Shown here: positions 38,087 to 46,548 of the stretch, in pieces
How the letters are laid out: each line of letters starts with the position of its first letter
How positions within the stretch are numbered: position 1 is the first letter of the stretch
NCBI GenBank assembly: GCA_937894725.1
Contig: CALAYL010000055.1
Coordinates: 21,463-85,462, forward strand
Direction of reading: 5' to 3'
Source: an uncultured Bacteroidota bacterium
GTDB lineage: Bacteria; Bacteroidota; Bacteroidia; Chitinophagales; LD1
Length of the DNA: 64,000 nt
Translations under genes and position numbers: made by a program
The notes under the pieces: generated by a model
Told to the model about the DNA's origin: nothing
Seen by the model: the letters and a program-made list of their open reading frames with translations, nothing else
The model's database searches: none

Positions 38087-39475
38087 TTATTTCTTGAAGT
38101 ATTGTTTGTTTAACTCATCGTATGTCGGAAAATCTTTACGATGCCATTTATTTATCACTACCCCATTTTTGAGCAATAGCAATCCTGGGTTTGAGCGCAT
38201 TATAGTTTTGAGCGGTGTTTCATCTGAAGAATAAAATGGAAAACTCAAGTCATGCTTTTTTACAAAAGGTGCAGCATCTTCACTAGTCAATCCATAAAAA
38301 TCTATACCCGCTTCTTTACATTTTATCGCTATAGGATCCAGCTCTTTTTTAAAACAGCAATCGCAAGATTTTGAAAGCTTATAACTCACCACTGCCAACG
38401 AATATTCTGGATTATGAAGCAAATCTTCAGTCACTTCTTCTTGTTCATGATTGAAGATGAAAAGATTGGTGATTTTGGCTGGAATACCTGGGTCTAAAAC
38501 AATATCACGCCTGTCCACATATTCCCAATCTTCGGTTACATTTCCTAGTTCAGATGTTTTAAATTCTTTTTCCTCTTGAGTATTTTTGTTTTTGTAAATG
38601 AAAACAAAGTCGCGCTTTTCGGGCTGAACTACTGTGCGCATCACGTTGATATCGCTACCTATTTGATAAGGTCTAAAATCAATCACTGGCTCACTCCACA
38701 TAAAATTATAAAGGCAAAATGCTAGACTCACCGTCAATGTACCGTAAGCTAATACGGTTCTACCAATATAGCTAGTGAGTGTAGAGATACGCTGGTAGTT
38801 AATTGCTAAAATCAAGATAAGAACATCGAGAAAAACATCTTTCCAAAAGGTTTCCCAAGGCTTTAGTTTTATAAAATCACCAAAACAACCGCAGTCGGTT
38901 ACTTTCATTTTTGTTTCTGAAAAAGCCGTACCAAAGGAAAGTGAAGTAAACTTAACTGTAATAAAAATAGCTACCAAACTTAATATACCTGCCCAAAGTC
39001 CCGTTTTTTTTAGTGATGTTTTTTCAATTATCCCATACATCGCAAAACCAACATTGGCCAGCCCAAGCATCACCCAAAATAATGGCGTAGGGCTATAACC
39101 AGATATGTAGGTAAAACCAGTGAGAAAAGTAAAGAAAAGCGTCATCAACAAAAGGAGAGAGGCAGTTAGTTTAGGTCGCCAACCAATGATGATAGTCGCA
39201 CCTAGGGCAATTTCTAGCGTAATCATAACGACAGCAAATGTGGTAGCTGCTGGATCCATCCATTCAATGTGTAGCGCCTCAAAATAATCGTGCATTTTGT
39301 AGCTTGTTCCTAATGGGTCAACCGCCTTTACAAAGCCCGAAAAAACAAATAATGCACCAACGAAATGCTGCAAAAAATTGATGAAATAATGTTGAGGCTT
39401 AGCGAATAAAAAACGCAACAAACTCAATACTAGAGCGGCAATGCCTACATAGGCAAAAATAGAGTAAACTGTCAT
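38087..39475 (-). CDS. DoxX/MauE-family membrane protein fused to a C-terminal thioredoxin-like (TlpA-like) domain
   Basis: N-terminal half has multiple TM segments and the DCGCFGD motif characteristic of MauE/DoxX-type proteins. The soluble C-terminal roughly 190 aa have a thioredoxin-fold-like pattern and the cysteine cluster SCDCC. Confidence 0.6.
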   Translation of the reverse strand: MTVYSIFAYVGIAALVLSLLRFLFAKPQHYFINFLQHFVGALFVFSGFVKAVDPLGTSYKMHDYFEALHIEWMDPAATTFAVVMITLEIALGATIIIGWRPKLTASLLLLMTLFFTFLTGFTYISGYSPTPLFWVMLGLANVGFAMYGIIEKTSLKKTGLWAGILSLVAIFITVKFTSLSFGTAFSETKMKVTDCGCFGDFIKLKPWETFWKDVFLDVLILILAINYQRISTLTSYIGRTVLAYGTLTVSLAFCLYNFMWSEPVIDFRPYQIGSDINVMRTVVQPEKRDFVFIYKNKNTQEEKEFKTSELGNVTEDWEYVDRRDIVLDPGIPAKITNLFIFNHEQEEVTEDLLHNPEYSLAVVSYKLSKSCDCCFKKELDPIAIKCKEAGIDFYGLTSEDAAPFVKKHDLSFPFYSSDETPLKTIMRSNPGLLLLKNGVVINKWHRKDFPTYDELNKQYFKK

Positions 39476-39480
39476 AGTGA

Positions 39481-40038
39481 TTATTGTTTAGTGGATTTTT
39501 CTTCCAATTTTATAAGCGCGAAAATGGCATAGTTAACGATGTCTTGATAGCCTGCATCTATACCTTCCGATATGAGTGTCTTACCATTATTGTCTTCGAT
39601 CTGTCGAATGCGCAATAGTTTCATCAATATCAAATCTGTAAAGCTGCTGATACGCATATCGCGCCAAGCTTCACCATAGTCGTGGTTTTTGGCTTGCATG
39701 AGCGATTTGATATTGTTTACCTGTGTATCGTAGTGAGCGAGCGCATCTTTTGCCGGTAGCTCTTGAGCTACTGCATCTGTCAAGTCCATCTGAATCAGTC
39801 CAATTATTGCATAATTGACCAATCCGATATATTCATTTTCTACCCCTTCATCGACCTTTTGAAATTGATTTTGCTCAATTGTTTTGATACGTTGTGCTTT
39901 GATAAAAAGCTGATCGGTAAGCGAAGGTGTACGCAATACACGCCATGAGGTCCCATAGTCATTTGTTTTTTTTCTAAACACTTCTCTGCATTTAGCAATA
40001 GCAGAGTCAAATTGTGATATGGTTTTTTCTTGGCTCAT
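39481..40038 (-). CDS. DUF1599 domain-containing protein (tandem duplication)
   Basis: Two internal repeats, KTNDYGTSWRVLRTPSLTDQLFIKAQRIKTIE and KNHDYGEAWRDMRISSFTDLILMKLLRIRQIE, form the DUF1599 pattern. Its stop lies 5 nt upstream of the DoxX-type gene. Confidence 0.7.
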   Translation of the reverse strand: MSQEKTISQFDSAIAKCREVFRKKTNDYGTSWRVLRTPSLTDQLFIKAQRIKTIEQNQFQKVDEGVENEYIGLVNYAIIGLIQMDLTDAVAQELPAKDALAHYDTQVNNIKSLMQAKNHDYGEAWRDMRISSFTDLILMKLLRIRQIEDNNGKTLISEGIDAGYQDIVNYAIFALIKLEEKSTKQ

Positions 40039-40114
40039 TTAGTTGTAAAAATAGTTTTCGTTGTGGATATGTCTAAAGTTTTAAAGAATTTTTGGTCAAA
40101 GCGAAAAATGGAAG

Positions 40115-40969
40115 TTAATCCATTTTTTGGATACAATCGGCTACACTAGCTTGCCAATGTGGTATAGTAATGTCAAATGTTGATTTGATTTTTGAGGTAT
40201 TCATCACAGAATAATGAGGACGAGTAGCTGGTGTTGGGTATTGACTTGTTGAGATTGGATTTATCGTTGTTTTTGCACCAATTTGTTTGGCTATGCACAC
40301 CGCAAAATCATACCATGAACCTACTCCTTGATTTGAAAAATGGAAAATGCCTTTCGCTGAGCTCAGTTTTTCAGACTCACAAATAGATTTTATGGTCATA
40401 GCTAGATCGAATGCAAATGTAGGGCTGCCTATTTGGTCGGAAACGATACCTAATTCGTCACGTTCACCACAAAGCCGAATAATAGTTTTTAAAAAATTTG
40501 CACCAAAACTAGAGTATAGCCATGAGGTGCGAATAATGATGCTCTCAGGATTGTTTTGATGTATAGCTAGTTCTCCCGCCAATTTTGATTTGCCGTACAC
40601 AGATAGTGGGTTCGTTGTATCTGTTTCTAAATAAGGCTTAGAGTGACTACCATCGAAAACAAAATCGGTAGAAATGTGGATGAGTTTTATATCATTCTCA
40701 AGGCAATTAACGGCTAGGTTTTTTGCACCATTTTCATTAATGTGATATGCTTTATCTGATTCAACTTCGGCTTTATCTACTGCAGTATAGGCAGCACAGT
40801 TGATGACGATTGCAGGTTTTTCTTTAGTTAAAACCTCCGCCACTTTTTCGGCAATAGTGATGTCTAAATCTTTGTGCGAAAGTGCTAAAATGGTATGTGC
40901 GCTATTTTGAAAAGCAGCTATTAGCTCTTGCCCTAGTTGTCCATTAGCTCCAGTAATTAAAATCTTCAT
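40115..40969 (-). CDS. rfbD: dTDP-4-dehydrorhamnose reductase
   Basis: MKILITGANGQLG..., NCAAYTAVDKAE, YG.SK..GE and ..RTSW.Y, the RmlD pattern. 284 aa. Confidence 0.9.
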   Translation of the reverse strand: MKILITGANGQLGQELIAAFQNSAHTILALSHKDLDITIAEKVAEVLTKEKPAIVINCAAYTAVDKAEVESDKAYHINENGAKNLAVNCLENDIKLIHISTDFVFDGSHSKPYLETDTTNPLSVYGKSKLAGELAIHQNNPESIIIRTSWLYSSFGANFLKTIIRLCGERDELGIVSDQIGSPTFAFDLAMTIKSICESEKLSSAKGIFHFSNQGVGSWYDFAVCIAKQIGAKTTINPISTSQYPTPATRPHYSVMNTSKIKSTFDITIPHWQASVADCIQKMD

Positions 40970-40972
40970 CTT

Positions 40973-41527
40973 TTAATATTGAAAATTATAATCTGCATCT
41001 ACAAACAGAGGACTAGCCAAATCTTTGTCAGACACAATTGCATTTTCTTTTGCTATTTGCCAATCAATATTTAAATAAGGCTCAAATGGGTTGATACCAC
41101 GCTCGCTTTCTTTTTGATAAAAAGCATCGCATTTATAACTAAACACAGAATGATCTTCCAACACCGAAAAGCCATGAGCAAACCCCCGTGGAATGAGGAG
41201 TTGCTTTTTATTTTCGGCAGAAAGCAAAATTTCAAATTTCTGGCCAAAAGTAGGCGAGCCTTTACGAATATCAACTACTACATCTATCACGACACCTGCC
41301 ACCACTCTTACGAGTTTTGTTTGTGCAAAGGGGACTAACTGATAGTGCAAACCTCTTACTACGCCTTTATTTGACATAGACTCGTTTTCCTGTACCCATT
41401 CATATTTTAGCCCTTTGGCATCAAAATGTTTTTGATTAAAGCTTTCAAAAAAATAGCCTCTACTATCCGCAAATACGGTTGGCTCAATGATCAGTAAGCC
41501 GGGAAATTTAGTTTCGATAATGGTCAT
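40973..41527 (-). CDS. rfbC: dTDP-4-dehydrorhamnose 3,5-epimerase
   Basis: Motifs F.D.RG.F.E.F, RGLHYQ, KLVRV..G...DV.VD.R..SPTFG and P.GFAHGF. I prefer the start at ATG 41527 (MTIIETKFPGL). The track ORF's 49-aa N-terminal extension is not RmlC-like. Confidence 0.9.
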   Translation of the reverse strand: MTIIETKFPGLLIIEPTVFADSRGYFFESFNQKHFDAKGLKYEWVQENESMSNKGVVRGLHYQLVPFAQTKLVRVVAGVVIDVVVDIRKGSPTFGQKFEILLSAENKKQLLIPRGFAHGFSVLEDHSVFSYKCDAFYQKESERGINPFEPYLNIDWQIAKENAIVSDKDLASPLFVDADYNFQY

Positions 41528-41603
41528 TATAAAAATGCGTTTTGCGATATTACAAGTAAAAATTAAATTGCTCTCAATAATTAATTCACATTTAGCATAG
41601 ATT

Positions 41604-42044
41604 ATGCCTATCCGTTTTGAAATCATAAAGCATTCATCGCCCGAATATTGGATGACACTGTTGCTCAGGTACAAGATACTGCGCCATCCGCTGGGGCTAA
41701 ACTATGTGATGAACGATTTGAAAAATGAAGACAATGATGTTCACTTTGGAGCTTTTGATGATACAGTTTTGCTGGCTTGTTTAGTTTTGACACCACTACC
41801 CGAAAATGTATATAAGTTGCGTCAAGTAGCAGTAGATGATGTGCAGCAAAGAAAAGGGGTAGGCAAAGCCCTTCAGCAGTTTGCGGAGCGATATGCAAAG
41901 GATAATGGTTGTCGAAAAATGGTGTGTAATGCCCGTAAAATGGCTGTGCCTTTTTATGAAATGCAGGGATTTGCAAGACTAGGAGAGGAGTTTGAGGAAG
42001 TAGGAATACCCCATTTATATATGGAAAAGAGCTTAACCTTCTAA
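41604..42044 (+). CDS. GNAT-family N-acetyltransferase
   Basis: 146 aa with the acetyl-CoA motif A, LRQVAVDDVQQRKGVGKAL, and FYE..GF. Confidence 0.75.
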   Translation: MPIRFEIIKHSSPEYWMTLLLRYKILRHPLGLNYVMNDLKNEDNDVHFGAFDDTVLLACLVLTPLPENVYKLRQVAVDDVQQRKGVGKALQQFAERYAKDNGCRKMVCNARKMAVPFYEMQGFARLGEEFEEVGIPHLYMEKSLTF

Positions 42045-42710
42045 ATTGATAGTAAAGGTAAACGTACGAGAATAAAGTTTGTCAATCACTCTCGAATAGA
42101 TGAAATTATTGGTTGGCGAGTTGATGTTGATGACACCATGACTCATTTTAAATTCTGGAGATAAGATAAAGTATGGGAAGTAAATCATAATACCTACGCC
42201 ATATTCAGCAGCCACATCATATTTATTTACTTTGAGCAATGTCTTGTTTCTCACATTTGAATTTGAGGCTAAATCCACATCAAAACGCATACCTGCAATG
42301 GCATAAAGTCTAAAATCTTTGATAGGTTCAGATTTGAAACGAAGTAATAACGGGAAGTCCAAGTAGATAGATTGGATTTTTTCTTTATAAACAGGGCTTC
42401 TCTTGTCAATAGTGTTATATTCTAGTACTTTGTCTGAAAAAGACAAAGTGGGTATAAATCGTAAGTCGAAGTTGCGGTGAAATTGCCAATTGCCAATGAT
42501 ACCAAGATTGAACCCTGGAGCAACCTTACTCGCAAAACTTTTGATAGAGTCATTTTCAGGGGCATTGGGTTTTTTGATGATTTTATAGTCAGCTACATTA
42601 GCTCCTAGTGCTATGCCAAAATAAATTTGTTTACGCCCAAGTTCATGAATGTTGAATTGCGCATGACTCAAAAAGGGAACCAATAAAAGTATAAATGCTA
42701 TTTTTCGCAT
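42033..42710 (-). CDS. PorT/SprT-family outer-membrane beta-barrel protein (OMP_b-brl_2 type)
   Basis: Signal peptide MRKIAFILLLVPFLSHAQ and alternating beta-strand pattern, with LDFPLLLRFK and a terminal aromatic-rich strand. Immediate linkage downstream of ubiE is what I recall for porT in Bacteroidota. Start taken at ATG 42710. Confidence 0.5.
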   Translation of the reverse strand: MRKIAFILLLVPFLSHAQFNIHELGRKQIYFGIALGANVADYKIIKKPNAPENDSIKSFASKVAPGFNLGIIGNWQFHRNFDLRFIPTLSFSDKVLEYNTIDKRSPVYKEKIQSIYLDFPLLLRFKSEPIKDFRLYAIAGMRFDVDLASNSNVRNKTLLKVNKYDVAAEYGVGIMIYFPYFILSPEFKMSHGVININSPTNNFIYSRVIDKLYSRTFTFTINLEG

Positions 42711-43423
42711 GTGTAGAAAGCGCAGATGCCAAATGTAAGAGGCGTCCACTTTGTTTTTTTGAATTCAAGTTTATCTAAAATAGCCGTAAAACGAAGACCT
42801 TCTGGAAATGCATTGACCGATTCGGGAAGATAAGTATAAGCTCTGGCATCTTTTGAAAAAATACGGCCTATCACTGGCAATACATTTTGAAAATAGATAT
42901 CAAAAACGAAACGAAGCACTTTATTTGTAGGTTTTGCTGCCTCAAGTATAGCTATTTTGCCCCCAGGTTTTAGTACACGTTTCATTTCCGAAAGTCCATT
43001 TTCTAGGTTTTCAAAATTGCGCACCCCAAAGCCAACAGTTATCGCATCAAAATAATTATCTTCAAATGGCATAGCTTCCGAATCTCCTTGTATAAACGAC
43101 AATACTTCGGTTACATTGTGTGCTATGGCTTTTTTTCTTCCCACCTCCATCATATCGTTTGAGAGGTCAAGTCCTATTATTTTCATTGGTTTGAGCCTCA
43201 AAGCTTCTATGGCAAAGTCGCCTGTGCCAGTGGCAAGGTCGAGAATTACTTGTGGTTTAGATTGACCTATATAATCGACTGCACGCCTGCGCCAAGTTCG
43301 GTCTATACCCAAGGAGAGCAACCGATTTAGAAAGTCGTAGCGATGAGCAATGTTGTCAAACATTTCTTTTACCTCTTCCGTCTTTGTTGCGTTGGGATTA
43401 TTGTATGGGGTTACTGTTTTCAT
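42698..43423 (-). CDS. ubiE: Demethylmenaquinone / ubiquinone C-methyltransferase UbiE/MenG
   Basis: Motifs V..MF..IA..YD..N...S.G.D..WRR, the SAM motif ILDLATGTGD and ITVGFG.RN. Start taken at ATG 43423. Confidence 0.9.
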   Translation of the reverse strand: MKTVTPYNNPNATKTEEVKEMFDNIAHRYDFLNRLLSLGIDRTWRRRAVDYIGQSKPQVILDLATGTGDFAIEALRLKPMKIIGLDLSNDMMEVGRKKAIAHNVTEVLSFIQGDSEAMPFEDNYFDAITVGFGVRNFENLENGLSEMKRVLKPGGKIAILEAAKPTNKVLRFVFDIYFQNVLPVIGRIFSKDARAYTYLPESVNAFPEGLRFTAILDKLEFKKTKWTPLTFGICAFYTCEK

Positions 43424-43498
43424 ATTTTTATTGTGTACAAAAAAAAGCGAATTCACGATAGATACAAAGATTCGCTTGGTTTTATTTCCTTTGTAGCT

Positions 43499-44107
43499 AT
43501 GAAAATCAAAAAAGCAGAGTTCGTAGGGTCGTTTGTGACCGAAGATGCGTGCCCTAAAGACATGATACCTGAATACGCCTTTGTAGGTAGATCCAATGTA
43601 GGTAAGTCATCGCTTATCAATTATATTGTTAAAGATAATGATTTGGCAAAAGTGTCTGGCACACCTGGCAAAACACAAACAATTAATTTTTTCAATATCA
43701 ATGATAATTGGAATTTAGTCGATTTGCCTGGATATGGCTATGCGCGTGTGGGCAAGAAAAAGCGAGAAGAGTGGGATAGGTTTATCCGCTATTATCTCAA
43801 AAATAGAAAACAGCTCATGTGCACATTTGTATTGATAGATAGTCGTATTCCACCTCAAAAGATAGACTTGGAGTTTGTTGATTGGCTAGGGGCGTATGGA
43901 CTGCCGCTGGGTTTGATTTTCACTAAGCTCGATAAAGCCAATAGTCCTAAGTCAAAAGAGAATATTGAGCTTTTTCAAGCAAAAATGCTCGAAAACTGGG
44001 AGGTATTGCCGCCCTCTTTTGCTACTTCCGCATTTAGAAGGGAAGGAAAGGAGGCTCTTTTAGACTACCTCGACAGCTGTAATAAACAGCTTTTGAATAA
44101 TAAATGA
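43499..44107 (+). CDS. engB: Ribosome-biogenesis GTPase EngB/YsxC/YihA
   Basis: MKIKKAEFVGS..., G1 GRSNVGKSSLIN, PGKTQ.INFF, DLPGYGYA and TKLDK. The track ORF's long N-terminal extension overlaps ubiE and is discarded. Confidence 0.9.
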   Translation: MKIKKAEFVGSFVTEDACPKDMIPEYAFVGRSNVGKSSLINYIVKDNDLAKVSGTPGKTQTINFFNINDNWNLVDLPGYGYARVGKKKREEWDRFIRYYLKNRKQLMCTFVLIDSRIPPQKIDLEFVDWLGAYGLPLGLIFTKLDKANSPKSKENIELFQAKMLENWEVLPPSFATSAFRREGKEALLDYLDSCNKQLLNNK

Positions 44108-44160
44108 GGCAATTCTTTATCAAATTGTGCGTAAACATTTTTTTATTTAGAAAAAAGAGA

Positions 44161-44168
44161 TAAATTTG
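44161..44168 (+). promoter_or_regulatory. Candidate -7 box TAAATTTG upstream of the L31 gene
   Basis: Exact TAnnTTTG match 23 nt upstream of ATG 44192. Confidence 0.35.
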
Positions 44169-44191
44169 CAACTCTTAAAAACATAGAAATC

Positions 44192-44437
44192 ATGAAAGCA
44201 GAAATCCATCCAGCAAATTACCGTTTAGTAGTATTTAAAGATATATCTTGCGATAAATCATTTTTAACCAAGTCATGTGCAAATAGCAAAGAAGATGTAC
44301 TTTGGGAAGATGGCAACACATATCCATTAGTAAAAGTGGAAATTTCAAACGAATCGCATCCGTTTTTTACTGGTAAAATGAAGTTTGTAGATACCGCTGG
44401 CCGTATCGATAAGTTCAATAAAAAATACAAAAAGTAA
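44192..44437 (+). CDS. rpmE: 50S ribosomal protein L31, type B (zinc-independent)
   Basis: MKAEIHP.Y..VVF.D......F...S and SHPF(F)TG......DT.GR..KF. It lacks the CxxC pairs, so it is type B. Confidence 0.9.
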   Translation: MKAEIHPANYRLVVFKDISCDKSFLTKSCANSKEDVLWEDGNTYPLVKVEISNESHPFFTGKMKFVDTAGRIDKFNKKYKK

Positions 44438-44453
44438 TTTTCTATACATTTAT

Positions 44454-44488
44454 AAATGCCTGCATGGAATCATGCAGGCATTTTTTTT
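44454..44488 (+). terminator. Rho-independent terminator after the L31 gene
   Basis: Perfect 13-bp stem aaatgcctgcatg / catgcaggcattt with loop gaat, followed by a run of 8 T. Confidence 0.85.
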
Positions 44489-44540
44489 ATCAATCAAAGT
44501 GAATTTAATATTCTCTTAACATTGCAATTAGATCTCTTAT

Positions 44541-44548
44541 TATCTTTG
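44541..44548 (+). promoter_or_regulatory. Candidate -7 box TATCTTTG upstream of the DUF47/PiT operon
   Basis: Exact TAnnTTTG match 34 nt upstream of ATG 44583. A TTG lies 16 nt upstream of the box. Confidence 0.35.
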
Positions 44549-44582
44549 CACAATCAAATTATTCTCCTTAAAAAATAGTTTC

Positions 44583-45230
44583 ATGAAATTTCAATCAATC
44601 CTTGCATTTTTTATTCCTAAAGACAAGAAGTTCTTTGTGCTTTTTGATAAAGGAGCAGAGAATTTAGTGGACATATCTAATGTTTTTAATGATATGTTGA
44701 ACACTACTTCGGCAGATAAACGTTTAGAACTCGCCAAAAAAATCGAAGATTTAGAGCATGTGGGTGATTCGATTACACACGAAATATTTACCGAATTGAG
44801 CACTAACTTTATTACCCCTTTTGATAGAGAAGATGTACAATACCTAGCAGCATCATTGGATGATATTGTTGACTTTATACATGGTTCTACAAAAAAATTA
44901 GTGTTTTATCGTATAGGCGAATATACCATGCCGATGAAACAGATGGGAGAAGTACTTGTAAGAGCCGCTATCGAAATTAGAGCCGCCATTGCAGAGCTCA
45001 AAAGCATGAATAACGTACTGAGGATACGTGAAGCGTTGGTACGTATCAATAGTCTTGAAAACAATGCAGATGATGTGTTTGATGGCGCTATTGCGAGTCT
45101 ATTTCAAGAAGAAAAAGATCCTATTCAAATCATAAAAATGAAAGACATACTCTCTACAATGGAGACCGCAACAGACAAGTGCGAAGATGTGGCCAACGTG
45201 ATTGAGACTATTCTTATCAAAAATTCATAA
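44583..45230 (+). CDS. DUF47-family protein (PhoU-like putative phosphate-transport regulator, YkaA type)
   Basis: 215-aa helical protein with N-terminus F.PK...FF.LF and an E..(H/A)..D.i pattern. It lies immediately upstream of a PiT transporter, the canonical pairing. Confidence 0.78.
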   Translation: MKFQSILAFFIPKDKKFFVLFDKGAENLVDISNVFNDMLNTTSADKRLELAKKIEDLEHVGDSITHEIFTELSTNFITPFDREDVQYLAASLDDIVDFIHGSTKKLVFYRIGEYTMPMKQMGEVLVRAAIEIRAAIAELKSMNNVLRIREALVRINSLENNADDVFDGAIASLFQEEKDPIQIIKMKDILSTMETATDKCEDVANVIETILIKNS

Positions 45231-45233
45231 CCA

Positions 45234-46316
45234 ATGAGTTTACTTTTATTTGTGATTTTTCTGGCGCTAGTTTTCGATTATATCAATGGCTTTCATGATG
45301 CCGCCAACTCCATTGCAACCATTGTTTCTACCAAAGTACTTACCCCATTTCAGGCAGTTTGCTGGGCAGCTTTTTTCAATGCAGTAGTTTTCTTTTTTAT
45401 AAAACATGGAGTTCCGGGATTTGAATTGAAAGTGGCTAACACAGTATCTAAAATCGTGAAAGCTGAAGCTATTACCATGATTGTGATTATAGCAGGGTTG
45501 GTGGCGGCTATCATTTGGAATTTGATTACTTGGTTTTATGGCATACCGAGTAGCTCTTCGCATACACTCATTGGGGGATTTGCAGGAGCAGCTGTGGCTA
45601 AAGCAGGATTAGGTGTTTTAGCAGATTTAGGCATAATCTATAAAACAATAGCTTTCATATTTCTAGCCCCTATGATAGGTATGTTCATGGCATTTGTGAT
45701 CGCTATCATTGTTTTGCATTTATTTAAAAATGCGACTCCTCGATTAGCAGATAAGGTTTTTAGAAAACTTCAGCTAGTTTCATCTGCACTTTTTAGTATA
45801 GGCCATGGATCAAATGATGCGCAAAAAGTAATGGGTATTATTGCCGCAGCATTGATGGTGTATTCTTACCAAACAGATCCTGCTTTGATACCTTCTTGGG
45901 CACAAGTAGAAATAGTGAGTGTACTTAAAAATGGCGTTATGGTTAGCAATGTAAAGCACATACCAGATTGGGTTCAGATTTCATGCTTTGTGGCCATAGG
46001 TTTGGGTACGCTAAGCGGTGGTTGGAGAATTATCAAAACAATGGGTACTAAAATCACTAAGGTAACTCCGTTTGAAGGGGTGGCTGCAGAAACCGCAGGA
46101 GCTATCACACTTTATGCTACACAGGCATTGGGAATACCAGTAAGTACCACCCATACTATCACGGGCTCTATCATAGGCGTAGGTATGACCAAAGGCTTGA
46201 CGGCCGTTAAATGGGGTATAACGATCAATATACTTTGGGCATGGGTACTGACTATACCTGTATCGGCAGCAATAGGTGCCATTACTTACTATATTTTAAA
46301 CGTATTTGCAAATTGA
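45234..46316 (+). CDS. Inorganic phosphate transporter, PiT family
   Basis: N-terminal GFHDAANSIAT and a second-half GSNDAQK(V)MG, the PHO4/PiT signature pair, in a multi-TM protein. Confidence 0.9.
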   Translation: MSLLLFVIFLALVFDYINGFHDAANSIATIVSTKVLTPFQAVCWAAFFNAVVFFFIKHGVPGFELKVANTVSKIVKAEAITMIVIIAGLVAAIIWNLITWFYGIPSSSSHTLIGGFAGAAVAKAGLGVLADLGIIYKTIAFIFLAPMIGMFMAFVIAIIVLHLFKNATPRLADKVFRKLQLVSSALFSIGHGSNDAQKVMGIIAAALMVYSYQTDPALIPSWAQVEIVSVLKNGVMVSNVKHIPDWVQISCFVAIGLGTLSGGWRIIKTMGTKITKVTPFEGVAAETAGAITLYATQALGIPVSTTHTITGSIIGVGMTKGLTAVKWGITINILWAWVLTIPVSAAIGAITYYILNVFAN

Positions 46317-46328
46317 GCTTATTAAGCT

Positions 46329-46357
46329 TTTGCTAATCAAAGTTTTTTTTACATTTG
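46329..46357 (+). promoter_or_regulatory. Promoter of tRNA-Leu: -33 TTTG (46329-46332), 17-nt spacer, -7 TACATTTG (46350-46357)
   Basis: Both Bacteroidota sigma-A elements are present at near-consensus spacing. The mature tRNA 5' end lies 14 nt downstream of the -7 box. Confidence 0.55.
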
Positions 46358-46371
46358 CAACCGCATTCAAA

Positions 46372-46455
46372 GCCCAGATGGCGAAATTGGTAGACGCACT
46401 ACCTTGAGGTGGTAGCGCCAGCAATGGTGTGCAAGTTCGAGTCTTGTTCTGGGCA
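46372..46455 (+). tRNA. tRNA-Leu (anticodon GAG)
   Basis: Hand-folded cloverleaf. Acceptor GCCCAGA/TCTGGGC plus discriminator A. D-loop with GG. Anticodon stem CTACC/GGTAG with loop TTGAGGT (anticodon GAG). Long variable arm CGCCA-GCAA-TGGTG (type II). T-arm GCAAG-TTCGAGT-CTTGT. No encoded CCA. Confidence 0.9.
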
Positions 46456-46464
46456 CTTTTTTTT

Positions 46465-46502
46465 AAGAAGTCACTTTAATAAAAAGTGACTTCTTTTTTT
46501 TT
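46465..46502 (+). terminator. Rho-independent terminator after tRNA-Leu
   Basis: Perfect 13-bp stem aagaagtcacttt / aaagtgacttctt with loop aataa, followed by a T-run. It is also preceded by a T8 run, so it is symmetric and potentially bidirectional. Confidence 0.85.
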
Positions 46503-46548
46503 GCCTTTGTATTATTTACTATATTCCATTTTGATAGTTAAATTCAGG

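Noticed and set aside
41528-41674. N-terminal extensions of track ORFs at rfbC (41528-41674), the nucleotidyltransferase (23176-23265), ubiE (43424-43456), engB (43343-43498), rnhA (51742-51759), cysQ (49630-49671) and the Omp85-type gene (46486-46548).
   Set aside because: The extensions have no similarity to the respective families, overlap neighbouring genes or terminators, and an internal ATG or TTG gives the canonical N-terminus. They are treated as upstream in-frame read-through of the ORF finder.
46372-46502. tRNA-Leu as a possible integration hotspot marking a genomic island.
   Set aside because: No integrase, no direct repeat of the tRNA 3' end and no phage or mobile genes are found downstream. 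The flanking genes (PiT transporter, Omp85-type protein, response regulators, cysQ, folP) look chromosomal.
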